IMG/VR virus record: IMGVR_UViG_3300050133_000102
Span: 1-52,571 of that record
From: a virus
Taxonomy: Duplodnaviria > Caudoviricetes
Strand: one strand, 5' to 3'
DNA length: 52,571 bases
A program made the position numbers and the translations under genes. The notes beneath the pieces are model-generated. The model was not told the origin of the DNA. It made no database searches and saw nothing but the letters and a program-made list of their open reading frames with translations. The stretch's first letter is position 1. The number at the start of each line of letters is the position of its first letter. Shown one piece after another: positions 25,668 to 34,563 of the stretch.

Positions 25668-27940
25668 TGTTCACTTTATACCATGCAGATTTTATCGGTA
25701 ATCCCGGTAACTGCTCCTATCCGCATAAAGTCGAGATCACCGACGCGGCAACGTTGACCGCTGCTGTTGGCCACGACTATGTGTGCGCAGAGTACCGGAA
25801 CTGCTACCGCAACGGCGAGAATTTCATAGGCGCTGACTGCCTTCCGGTGGACTGCGACAATGACCACTCGGAAAACCCGGAAGAGTGGGTGCTGCCCGCA
25901 GATGTCATGGAGGCGTTTCCCAATGTTGCGTTCGCAGTTCATTACAGCCGCTTCAATATGCGAGAAAAAAACGGCAAGCCCGCTCGCCCTAAGTTCCATG
26001 TACTGTTTCCCATTGACCGCATGACCGACGCGGTCGCCTATAGCGATATGAAGAAGCTGGTCAACTCCATCTTCCCGTACTTCGACACGCAGGCCCTTGA
26101 TGCCGCTCGATTCTTCTTCGGTACCAATTCACCGGAGGTCGAAATATACAACGGTGATAGGAATTTGAGCGAGTTTTTAGAGGACGACAACTTCGATGAA
26201 GATATGGCAACCGGTCATCGTGCAGATCACGTCATCGCCGAAGGTAACCGCAATGCCACCATGTCCCGCTTCGCTGGTCGTGTTATTAAGAAATACGGTG
26301 ACAGTGAAGCCTCCTCTCAGTGCTATCTGGAGGAGGCCGCCAAGTGCTCACCTCCGCTGGATGATCAGGAGCTTATGACCATCTGGCACAGCGCCCAGAG
26401 GTTTTATGCGCGAGTGCAGCAGCAGGATGGTTATGTGCCGCCGGAGGTGTATAACGACCCGACCTCTTACAAGCCCGGCGACTACTCCGATGTAGGACAG
26501 TCCGAGGTGTTAGCAAAATATTTCTCAGGCGAGCTTCGGTATTCTCCGGCCACGCACTTTATCCGCTACAGCGGGCATTATTGGCAGGAAAGCGAGCCCG
26601 GTGCACAGGCCGTTACCCATGAGCTTACTCGTCGCCAGTTGGAAGAAGCCACAAAGGACCTGCAGGCGGCAATGAAAAAGCTGACGGAAAATGGTGCGCA
26701 TGAAATCCTCGAAAACACATCTAAGCCGAAAGCCGAGTCACTCATGAGCGACGAGCAGCTGGAGGCATACAGGGCTTTTCTCGCAGCAAAGGCATATCAG
26801 TCGTTTGCCATTCGTCGCCGGGATTCCAAGAATATCACCGCAACGCTGAAAGAGTCCCATCCTATGCTGGAAATCTCGCCGCGTGACCTTGATGCCGACT
26901 GCTTTCTGCTTTGTTCGCCCGCTGCTACTTATGACCTGCGAAAAGGTATGGCTGGTGCCAGAGAGCATTCGCCGGAGGATTTCATCACCAAAATGACATC
27001 GACCTCGCCCAGCAATAAGGGCGAAAAAATATGGCTGGACAGCCTTGACCTCATCTACTGTGGCAACCAGGAGCTCATCGATTATGTGCAGATGATCTGC
27101 GGTCTTGCTGCTATCGGCAAGGTCTATGTGGAAGCCCTGATCATCGCATACGGTGGAGGTCTAAACGGTAAATCCACCTTCTGGAACGCGGTCTCCCGTG
27201 TACTGGGCCTCTACAGCGGCAATATCTCCGCCGACACCTTGACGGTCGGTTGCCGTAGAAACATCAAGCCGGAGATGGCCGAGGTCAAAGGCAAGCGACT
27301 GCTTATCGCGGCTGAGATGCAGGAAGGCGCTCGCCTCAACGATTCCACCGTCAAGCAGCTGTGCTCCACCGACGATTTGTTTGCAGAGAAAAAGTACAAG
27401 GACCCGTTCAGCTTTACACCCTGTCACACGCTGGTGCTCTATACCAACCACCTGCCGAAGGTCAGCGCCTCCGACGATGGTATCTGGCGTAGGTTAATCG
27501 TCATTCCCTTTGATGCCAAGATTGAAGGAAAGAGCGATATTAAAAATTTTGGTGAATATCTGTACGACAACGCTGGTGAAAGCATTCTCTCGTGGATTAT
27601 CGAGGGTGCTAAAAAGGTCATTGTGCTGGATTACAAGCTGCCAATACCGGAATGTGTGCAGAAAGCGATTAACGAGTATCGAGCGCAAAACAACTGGTTT
27701 GGCCATTTCCTTGACGAAAAATGTGAGCTTGATGCGAGCTACCGTGAAAGCTCCAGTGCGCTGTATCAGGCATATCGCAACTACTGCATTGATACCAACG
27801 AGTATGTTCGTGGCACCGCAGATTTCTACTTTGCACTGGAGAATGCTGACTTTGAAAGAATAAAGGTTAAAAATAAGCGCTTTTTTGCAGGCTTGCGCTT
27901 AAAAACAGACGACGGAGATTTTGAAGATTTCTTGAGCTAA
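25667..27940 (+). CDS. Phage/plasmid primase-helicase, P4/D5 family
   Basis: DCDNDH primase motif, EGNRN (PriCT-like), G..NGKST Walker A, LYTNHLP, DDGIWRRL. Confidence 0.93.
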   Translation: MFTLYHADFIGNPGNCSYPHKVEITDAATLTAAVGHDYVCAEYRNCYRNGENFIGADCLPVDCDNDHSENPEEWVLPADVMEAFPNVAFAVHYSRFNMREKNGKPARPKFHVLFPIDRMTDAVAYSDMKKLVNSIFPYFDTQALDAARFFFGTNSPEVEIYNGDRNLSEFLEDDNFDEDMATGHRADHVIAEGNRNATMSRFAGRVIKKYGDSEASSQCYLEEAAKCSPPLDDQELMTIWHSAQRFYARVQQQDGYVPPEVYNDPTSYKPGDYSDVGQSEVLAKYFSGELRYSPATHFIRYSGHYWQESEPGAQAVTHELTRRQLEEATKDLQAAMKKLTENGAHEILENTSKPKAESLMSDEQLEAYRAFLAAKAYQSFAIRRRDSKNITATLKESHPMLEISPRDLDADCFLLCSPAATYDLRKGMAGAREHSPEDFITKMTSTSPSNKGEKIWLDSLDLIYCGNQELIDYVQMICGLAAIGKVYVEALIIAYGGGLNGKSTFWNAVSRVLGLYSGNISADTLTVGCRRNIKPEMAEVKGKRLLIAAEMQEGARLNDSTVKQLCSTDDLFAEKKYKDPFSFTPCHTLVLYTNHLPKVSASDDGIWRRLIVIPFDAKIEGKSDIKNFGEYLYDNAGESILSWIIEGAKKVIVLDYKLPIPECVQKAINEYRAQNNWFGHFLDEKCELDASYRESSSALYQAYRNYCIDTNEYVRGTADFYFALENADFERIKVKNKRFFAGLRLKTDDGDFEDFLS

Positions 27941-27949
27941 TGGCTATCT

Positions 27950-28048
27950 GGGTTAACCTCGATTAAGGTCATATACAAAAAGTCTCTATAGGACTAAAAA
28001 AATAGTACTAAGAAAAGTTTTAGAAACAACCTTAATAGAGGTTAACCC
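27950..28048. repeat. 20-bp inverted repeat around an AT-rich spacer; candidate replication origin
   Basis: GGGTTAACCTCGATTAAGGT (27950-27969) vs ACCTTAATAGAGGTTAACCC (28029-28048), 19/20 complementary. Confidence 0.65.
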
Positions 28049-28081
28049 ACCCTCTTAAAATCCCTGATGGAGAACGAGAAA

Positions 28082-28363
28082 ATGAGAGAAAAAGTAATCG
28101 AGAAAAAACTGGTTCAGGCAGTCAAAGCTGCTGGTGGCATCGCACCAAAGTTCGTGAGTCCCGGCCTTGACGGTATGCCCGACCGCATCGTCTTACTGGC
28201 GGGTGGCTATATGGCCTTCGTGGAAGTAAAAGCTCCCGGCGAGAAACCACGACCGCTTCAGCTGGCAAGGCACAAATTATTACGAAGGCTCGGCTTTCAG
28301 GTTTATGTCTTGGATGACGAGCAGCAGATTGGAGGAATCCTTGATGGAATACGTACCCCATGA
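28082..28363 (+). CDS. VRR-NUC domain nuclease
   Basis: REKVIEKKL, GMPDRIVL, FVEVKAPG.KPRPLQ. Confidence 0.92.
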   Translation: MREKVIEKKLVQAVKAAGGIAPKFVSPGLDGMPDRIVLLAGGYMAFVEVKAPGEKPRPLQLARHKLLRRLGFQVYVLDDEQQIGGILDGIRTP

Positions 28364-29711
28364 CTACCAGCGCTTTTCGACACATTTCATAATGGAGCAT
28401 CCCGTATCCGCCATTCTTCTGGACATGGGGCTGGGCAAGAGCGTTATTACGCTGACCGCGCTAAATGACCTGCTGTTTGATAGCTTCGAGGCACATCGCA
28501 TTTTGGTGATCGCGCCGCTACGAGTAGCACGGGACACATGGTCTGCGGAACTTGAAAAATGGGAGCATCTGCACGGGCTGACCTATTCCGTAGCGGTCGG
28601 CAGTGAGACTCAGCGCAAAGCGGCTCTCCTACAAAAAGCCGACATCTACATCATCAACCGCGAGAATGTCCAGTGGCTCATTGATGACAGCAAGCTGCCT
28701 TTCAACTACGACACCGTCGTGATTGACGAGCTTTCGTCCTTCAAAAACAACCAAGCAAAACGCTTCAGGGCTCTGATGAAGGTGCGGCCTACGGTCAGTC
28801 GTGTGGTCGGTCTGACGGGAACGCCGTCCAGTAACGGTCTTATGGATTTATGGGCGGAGTTCCGCCTGTTGGATATGGGCAAACGGCTCGGACGCTTCAT
28901 CACCCACTTCCGCAGCGACTATTTCGTTCCCGACAAACGCAATCAGCAGATTGTGTTCAGCTACAAACCGAAGCCGGGCGCGGAGGAAGCGATATACCGC
29001 CTTGTGTCGGATATCACCATCAGCATGAAAAGCACCGACTATCTCAAAATGCCTGAATGCGTCATAAACGAAGTCCCCGTGCGGCTCTCCGACAAAGAGA
29101 TGGAATGCTACCAGACGCTTAAGGATGATTTGATTCTAAGCCTTGACGGTGAGGACATTGATGCCCAGAGCGCCGTGGGTCTGTCGAACAAGCTGACGCA
29201 GATGGCGAACGGCGCGGTTTACGGCGAGGATGGTAAGGTCATAGCGATACACGACCGAAAGCTGGATGCGCTGGAGGATTTGATTGAAGCCGCCAACGGT
29301 AAGCCCGTGCTGGTAGCCTATTGGTTCAAACACGACCTTAAGCGGATAACCGAGCTGCTTCATAAGCTGCATATTTCCTTTTCCCGTCTGGACACTGCAG
29401 AGAGCATCAAGCTTTGGAACAACGGTGAATTGCCGGTCGCTCTCATCCACCCCGCTTCGGCCGGGCATGGCTTGAATTTGCAGGCAGGCGGTTCCACCCT
29501 CATCTGGTTTGGGCTGACATGGAGTCTGGAACTGTATCAGCAGACCAATGCCCGGCTGTGGCGTCAGGGTCAGAAAGACACCGTTGTGATTCACCACATC
29601 ATTACAAGCGGAACGATTGACGAGCGCATCATGACCGCTTTGCAGAAAAAAAAGAAATCGCAGGCCGCCCTAATCGATGCGGTCAGAGCGGATTTGGAGG
29701 TGCGAAGATGA
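28344..29711 (+). CDS. SNF2-like DEAD/DEAH-box helicase
   Basis: LDMGLGKS, VIDELS, GLTGTP, HGLNLQ, QTNARLWRQGQ; start at ATG 28344 after GGAGG. Confidence 0.93.
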   Translation: MEYVPHDYQRFSTHFIMEHPVSAILLDMGLGKSVITLTALNDLLFDSFEAHRILVIAPLRVARDTWSAELEKWEHLHGLTYSVAVGSETQRKAALLQKADIYIINRENVQWLIDDSKLPFNYDTVVIDELSSFKNNQAKRFRALMKVRPTVSRVVGLTGTPSSNGLMDLWAEFRLLDMGKRLGRFITHFRSDYFVPDKRNQQIVFSYKPKPGAEEAIYRLVSDITISMKSTDYLKMPECVINEVPVRLSDKEMECYQTLKDDLILSLDGEDIDAQSAVGLSNKLTQMANGAVYGEDGKVIAIHDRKLDALEDLIEAANGKPVLVAYWFKHDLKRITELLHKLHISFSRLDTAESIKLWNNGELPVALIHPASAGHGLNLQAGGSTLIWFGLTWSLELYQQTNARLWRQGQKDTVVIHHIITSGTIDERIMTALQKKKKSQAALIDAVRADLEVRR

Positions 29712-29929
29712 TAAAGAATTACGAAAACTTGGCGAACGCCATTATTTTGCAAGCGGTGGTAGATTACCGCAAAGCCCTTCGTACTCTGTCGCTGTATCCC
29801 TACAACCGTGAAGCCCGCGGCAAGGAACAGAGCATCAGGCGGTTCTTCCGCTCCGGCTGGTTTAAGGTACTTACAAATCTCGACCCGGAAGCACTTATCG
29901 AGCGTCTGAACAAGGAGGTGGCGGCATGA
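29708..29929 (+). CDS. Conserved phage hypothetical protein
   Basis: YENLANAIILQAV.DYR...FFRS.WF..LT; ATGA overlaps at both ends. Confidence 0.75.
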   Translation: MIKNYENLANAIILQAVVDYRKALRTLSLYPYNREARGKEQSIRRFFRSGWFKVLTNLDPEALIERLNKEVAA

Positions 29930-30336
29930 CTGCAAAAGAATATCTCGGACAGGCTTACCGTCTTGACCAGCGCATCAATTCCAAGGCGGAACAGGTGGCG
30001 TCGCTGAACGCTCTCGCCACCAAATGTACCGCAACGCTGACGGATATGCCCAGAAACCCCAACCGCGCAACCTCCACGATGGCGGATGCTGTGGGAAAAA
30101 TCATCGACCTGCAGGCGGAGATTAACAACGACATTGACCGCTTGATAGATTTGAAGCGTGAAATTGTGATGGTCATCAAGTCCGTTGACAACACTGAGTA
30201 TCAGACGCTACTGGAGAAGCGGTACCTCTGCTTCCTGTCTTGGGAGCAGATCGCCGTAGATATGAATTACAGTCTGCAGCACATGTTTCGTCTGCACGGC
30301 AATGCTCTTAAAAAAGTCACCATTCCCGCAGCATGA
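29926..30336 (+). CDS. RinA/ArpU-like (DUF1492) late transcriptional activator
   Basis: MTAKEYL.QA..LD...LLEKRYL...WEQIAVDMNYS...H..AL; last gene of the replication module. Confidence 0.82.
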   Translation: MTAKEYLGQAYRLDQRINSKAEQVASLNALATKCTATLTDMPRNPNRATSTMADAVGKIIDLQAEINNDIDRLIDLKREIVMVIKSVDNTEYQTLLEKRYLCFLSWEQIAVDMNYSLQHMFRLHGNALKKVTIPAA

Positions 30337-30384
30337 GAGTAAATGAGAGAGAATGAGAGTAGGCTCTTATGATATCATTAGAAT
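30333..30384 (+). promoter_or_regulatory. Late promoter region with 10-bp-period activator repeats
   Basis: ATGAGAG at 30333, 30343 and 30353, followed by -10-like TATCAT/TAGAAT. Confidence 0.55.
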
Positions 30385-30406
30385 AGAAAAATAGAGCATA
30401 CGGCAC

Positions 30407-30443
30407 GAGCCTTCGCGGGAAAACCTGCGGGGGCTTTCCTTTT
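30407..30443 (+). terminator. Terminator-like hairpin in the late leader
   Basis: GAGCCTTCGCGGG-aaaa-CCTGCGGGGGCTT then TCCTTTT. Confidence 0.5.
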
Positions 30444-30570
30444 ACCATAAACGAGGTGGCGTTGTGCAAACGGTGCAAAAATTAAGTACAGTAAGCCATA
30501 TATATAAGTTGCTATTTCACAGCTTTAGAGTGATTAATGTTACTACCGAAAAGAAAGGTAGGTAACGATT

Positions 30571-31230
30571 ATGGAAATTCAATTCAATGTGACAGGCGCT
30601 CGGCGCAAGGAACTGGTCAATGCGGTCAGCGAGATTACGGAAAACCCGGCCGTCTACAAAGGCGCCCCCACTTTCGCCTATGAGATTGGCGGTTTTACCG
30701 TTGACAAGGACGGAACGCTCTCCTTTGACAACATGACGGACAGCAATCTGCCGGAAAAACTACTGGAGAAACTAATCGAGCGGGGCTTTGACGTTGGAAG
30801 CGAGGACAGGCTGACAATCGAGATGCCGCTGGAGGGTTTCACCAACACGGCGATTGAAAACCTTGAACGGCTCATATCCAGCAAATCCACCCTTATCAAA
30901 AAGGCCATCGGCGCGGATGCGCTCACTGTCGAGCGCACGGAAACCACACTGAAATTCCCCTGGTTTTCCTTCAACGCGACCGGCGACGAGGTCAACGCCT
31001 ACTCCTGTTTTATCGGCGCCCTCTGCGCCGCAGCAAAGGGACAGACGCGTGTCAACGCCAAAGAAAAGCCCGTGGAGAACGAGAAATTCGCATTTCGGGT
31101 GTTCCTCATCCGGTTGGGATTCGTAGGCGATGAGTATAAAGCGGCACGGAAAATCCTGCTGAAAAACCTCAGCGGAAACTCCGCCTTCAAAAACGGAGCG
31201 CCGCCGAAAGCGGAGGTGCCCGATGAATAG
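30571..31230 (+). CDS. Conserved phage protein (often annotated 'virulence-related protein')
   Basis: RKELV.A..E...YKGAPTFAYEIG; NEKFAFRVFLIRLGF.G.EYK..RKILL.NL.GNSAF. Confidence 0.75.
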   Translation: MEIQFNVTGARRKELVNAVSEITENPAVYKGAPTFAYEIGGFTVDKDGTLSFDNMTDSNLPEKLLEKLIERGFDVGSEDRLTIEMPLEGFTNTAIENLERLISSKSTLIKKAIGADALTVERTETTLKFPWFSFNATGDEVNAYSCFIGALCAAAKGQTRVNAKEKPVENEKFAFRVFLIRLGFVGDEYKAARKILLKNLSGNSAFKNGAPPKAEVPDE

Positions 31231-31453
31231 TTTCCCGTCAAAAGAAACCGTGGAGCGACTCCGCATGAAATACCCTTCCGGCACTCGTGTGGAACTGGTG
31301 TGCATGGATGATCCTTACACGAAGCTTATGCCCGGCGATAAGGGCACTGTTTCCTTTGTTGATGATATTGGCACAGTTCATGTAAATTGGGACTGCGGCA
31401 GCAGCCTGGGCGTGGCCTTCGGCGAGGACGAAATCAAGAAAATAGAATCATAA
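31223..31453 (+). CDS. DUF4314 family protein
   Basis: YPSGTRVELVCMDDPY...GDKGTV..VDDIGTVHVNWD.GSSLG. Confidence 0.85.
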   Translation: MNSFPSKETVERLRMKYPSGTRVELVCMDDPYTKLMPGDKGTVSFVDDIGTVHVNWDCGSSLGVAFGEDEIKKIES

Positions 31454-31479
31454 CCATACAAATGAATATTACACAAAAG

Positions 31480-31510
31480 GCATCTGTTCTTAATGAACGG
31501 GTGCTTTTTT
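31480..31510 (+). terminator. Intrinsic terminator after DUF4314
   Basis: GCATCTGTTC-ttaat-GAACGGGTGC followed by TTTTTT. Confidence 0.65.
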
Positions 31511-31531
31511 GTGTGGCAGGGAGAACCTTGA

Positions 31532-31864
31532 ATGCCAAACAAACCATCGATAACCTGCAACCATCCCGGCTGCTCAATGCTTGCTGTCAAGAACGGATAC
31601 TGCGAACGGCATCGGGGGTCAGGGTTTCAAAGGAACAGTGACATACAAAAGCTTTATGACAGAGACTGGAGCAGAAAAAGCAAGGCGTATCTTGCTGAGT
31701 GCCCTTGGTGTCAGGACTGCCTGGAGCATGGAGTGTACGAACCTGCAACAGAGGTGCATCACTCCATACCTCATCGAGGGAATCAGCACATCTTTTGGGA
31801 TAAGAGCAATTGGAGAGCGCTCTGCAAACGCTGTCATTCAAAGCATACAGGGCGCGGCGAATAG
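31532..31864 (+). CDS. Phage packaging HNH endonuclease
   Basis: CNHPGC...YCERH, CQDC, ATEVHHSIPHRG...FWD.SNWRALCKRCHSK. Confidence 0.9.
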   Translation: MPNKPSITCNHPGCSMLAVKNGYCERHRGSGFQRNSDIQKLYDRDWSRKSKAYLAECPWCQDCLEHGVYEPATEVHHSIPHRGNQHIFWDKSNWRALCKRCHSKHTGRGE

Positions 31865-31967
31865 CACCCCCGCCGCCAATAAAGTATCAGGAATCGCTTT
31901 TGGGGAGCGTTGGGGCCTCGGATGTGCGAAAAATCCCCTAAATTGGTATTTGGAAAGAAGGACCTGC

Positions 31968-33146
31968 ATGACTGTTATCAATAAAAATATACATGAACTT
32001 ATTCCATACGCCAACAACCCAAGAAAAAACGGCGCCGCGGTTGACAAGGTCGCGGCGAGCATAAAAGAATTCGGCTTTAAAGTGCCGATCATTATTGGCA
32101 AAGACAATGTGATTGTTACAGGCCACACAAGACTGCTGGCGGCAAAGAAGCTGGGGCTTGAAACGGTGCCCTGCGTGATTGCCGAAGATTTAACACCGGC
32201 ACAGATAAAGGCTTTTCGGCTTGCCGACAACAAGACGGCGGAGTTCTCAGAGTGGGATGACGAAATGCTGAAAGTGGAATTGGAAGAGCTGGGCGAAATG
32301 GATTTTGATTTGAATTTAACCGGCTTTGGAAAAGATGAAATTGGGGCGCTGCTTGGTGGCGAAGAGTCAGAAGCCAAAGAGGACGATTACGATGTCGAGC
32401 TTCCCGATGAGCCGAAGTCGCAGCCAGGTGACATTTATCAACTGGGCAGACACCGCCTGATGTGCGGCGACAGCACTATTAAAGAAAATGTCGAGAAACT
32501 TATGGACGGCAATAAGGCGGATCTGCTTATTACAGACCCGCCTTATAACGTGAACTATCAGGGTGGAACAAAAGACAAGCTCAAAATTCAAAACGATTCC
32601 ATGGCGGATGATACTTTTAGAAAATTCCTCGTTGACGCGTTTGCCGCTGCCGATAATGTAATGAAACAGGGCGCGGTCTTCTACATATGGCATGCGGATT
32701 CCGAAGGATTTAACTTCCGCGGAGCCTGTTTTGATATCGGATGGCAGGTCAGGCAGTGCCTTATTTGGAATAAAAGCAGTTTGGTTATGGGGCGTCAGGA
32801 CTACCAGTGGAAACACGAACCCTGCCTTTACGGCTGGAAATCCGGTGCCTCTCATCTTTGGGCAAGCGACCGAAAGCAGACGACCGTTTTCAATTTTGAC
32901 AAGCCAACCCGGAACGCGGAGCACCCGACTATGAAGCCGATCGCCTTATTCGATTATCAGATAAAGAACAATACGAAACCAGAGGATGTTGTTGTTGATA
33001 CCTTCGCCGGAAGCGGCACCACGATAATCGCTTGTGAACAGAATGGCAGAAATGCTTATTGCATGGAGCTTGACCCGAAGTATGTTGATGTTATCATCGA
33101 CAGGTGGGAAAAATTCACGGGCAAGAAGGTTATAAAATCTGGATAA
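31968..33146 (+). CDS. ParB-like N-terminal domain + N6-A/N4-C DNA methyltransferase
   Basis: PYANNPR, IVTGHTRL, RLADNK; TDPPYN, HPTMKP, DTFAGSGTT; start placed at ATG 31968. Confidence 0.92.
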   Translation: MTVINKNIHELIPYANNPRKNGAAVDKVAASIKEFGFKVPIIIGKDNVIVTGHTRLLAAKKLGLETVPCVIAEDLTPAQIKAFRLADNKTAEFSEWDDEMLKVELEELGEMDFDLNLTGFGKDEIGALLGGEESEAKEDDYDVELPDEPKSQPGDIYQLGRHRLMCGDSTIKENVEKLMDGNKADLLITDPPYNVNYQGGTKDKLKIQNDSMADDTFRKFLVDAFAAADNVMKQGAVFYIWHADSEGFNFRGACFDIGWQVRQCLIWNKSSLVMGRQDYQWKHEPCLYGWKSGASHLWASDRKQTTVFNFDKPTRNAEHPTMKPIALFDYQIKNNTKPEDVVVDTFAGSGTTIIACEQNGRNAYCMELDPKYVDVIIDRWEKFTGKKVIKSG

Positions 33147-33233
33147 TAATGGTTCTGATTATGCTCATTATACGACACTGACCTGTTCGACAAATTGGAA
33201 TCTGTCTTTGTAATATTTCACCACACGAATAAA

Positions 33234-33491
33234 TTATTTCTCTTCAGTATATCTTTCTGGCTGCAAAAGTTCCTTGGCCTCGCTAAGGCGTAAATCCCAA
33301 TATTTTTGCAGAAGCTCAATGATTTTCTCATCTCCAACTTCGGCTTCACGCAGAGCCGCAGTCGCCTTTTCAATTCCAAGGACTCTTTCTTTAAAGGCAG
33401 CTTCATCTAGCCTTGCATTGGTTTTTTCTCTTATGCCTTCTAACAGTTCACTACCAAATCCCGAAAAAGAATCACTAATAGAACGTGCCAT
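33234..33491 (-). CDS. Small hypothetical protein (85 aa), second gene of the moron
   Basis: AAGGAGG RBS, 17 bp after the upstream gene. Confidence 0.7.
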   Translation of the reverse strand: MARSISDSFSGFGSELLEGIREKTNARLDEAAFKERVLGIEKATAALREAEVGDEKIIELLQKYWDLRLSEAKELLQPERYTEEK

Positions 33492-33508
33492 ATCTATTCC
33501 TCCTTAGT

Positions 33509-34438
33509 TTAATGGTTGACGTAATAATCTATAAATCCATATTGTGTATGACAATATTTTATAAACGAAATAAAAATCATAAGAACTTCAATACGTTCCA
33601 TTTTTGTATCGGATGGATGTGTCAATCCATTTCTTGTTATCCTAGTGAAGTTTGCATAAACTTGAAAAGCTACTCTATCAACCAATGGCAACATGTCTTT
33701 AAATGTCTGATCTGATATATTGTTTTTTATCATATCAAAATACTTTTTATAGTAATTATATTTAGCAGAAGCAAGTCTAATACTAGATAACTCGGTCTGC
33801 ATCTGAGAAAATTCATTAGTAAAATTCCTAGATAAATATCCTAGTAATGCATTAATTTGCTCGTCTATTATTTTCTCACTAGATAGCCCCAGCATAATCA
33901 CTGCTGCTTCCATACAATTTGCATTATAGCACTGTAATGCCTCTTTGATATAAAACTCAACCCACTCCGAAATGCTAGGTATATTCTTAATCTTTTCAAG
34001 ATAACCATCTACATCATATGGTAAAATCTCATGTTCTTCTAAACATTTAAGCCCATATTTTGTTACATGAAAACTAGGCAAATTGGGACCATAATTTCCT
34101 GTTGCTCCAGGTGCTATAATTCCTTGATTAAGTAACAAATGGAACTGTTCATATATATTTTGGATATCACTATAACTGAAATTAGTCGTACCTTGTGGAT
34201 GAAGCAAAAGACCACTTCCACCCCATGCTGCTCCTTGTAAAGGAATATCCGATTTTATAAGACCTCTTTTTATTGCCAAACCTTCCATTAGGCGGTATAA
34301 ATCAGATTGTGTTCCTTGATATCCATATAGTTTAAACGTCTTTCCCTCAGAATCAATATCCGTACCCTCATAAGTTAAAGTATCTAACATCAAGTTTCTT
34401 ATTTCAATTGATGATAAGTTTCTTATTTCTATTTCCAT
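33509..34438 (-). CDS. Winged-helix-like + HEPN (DUF4145-like) domain protein; candidate Abi/toxin
   Basis: EALQCY..NCMEAAVIMLG..SE and RNGLTH (RxxxxH); AT-rich; GAGGAG RBS 9 nt before ATG 34438. Confidence 0.65.
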   Translation of the reverse strand: MEIEIRNLSSIEIRNLMLDTLTYEGTDIDSEGKTFKLYGYQGTQSDLYRLMEGLAIKRGLIKSDIPLQGAAWGGSGLLLHPQGTTNFSYSDIQNIYEQFHLLLNQGIIAPGATGNYGPNLPSFHVTKYGLKCLEEHEILPYDVDGYLEKIKNIPSISEWVEFYIKEALQCYNANCMEAAVIMLGLSSEKIIDEQINALLGYLSRNFTNEFSQMQTELSSIRLASAKYNYYKKYFDMIKNNISDQTFKDMLPLVDRVAFQVYANFTRITRNGLTHPSDTKMERIEVLMIFISFIKYCHTQYGFIDYYVNH

Positions 34439-34505
34439 GATTTTCATCTCCTCAAATTCCGGTTTAGCAACCTCTAATATAAACAATGAGCATTTCAATA
34501 GTAAT

Positions 34506-34534
34506 ATTATATAATGCCAAATTGTAGAAGTAAA
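34506..34534 (-). promoter_or_regulatory. Sigma-A-type promoter of the moron
   Basis: Minus strand TTTACT-17 bp-TATAAT. Confidence 0.5.
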
Positions 34535-34563
34535 GAATTTATTTCGAGAGAGGAGGCGGCAGT

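Noticed and set aside
27151-27180. Primase Walker A variant GGGLNGKST as a sign of inactivation
   Set aside because: The essential GKS/T residues are intact; the variable position is not evidence of loss of function.
31581-31967. 129-aa N-terminal extension of the methyltransferase in the ORF track
   Set aside because: It overlaps the HNH gene and probable cos gap; ParB similarity and an RBS begin at ATG 31968.
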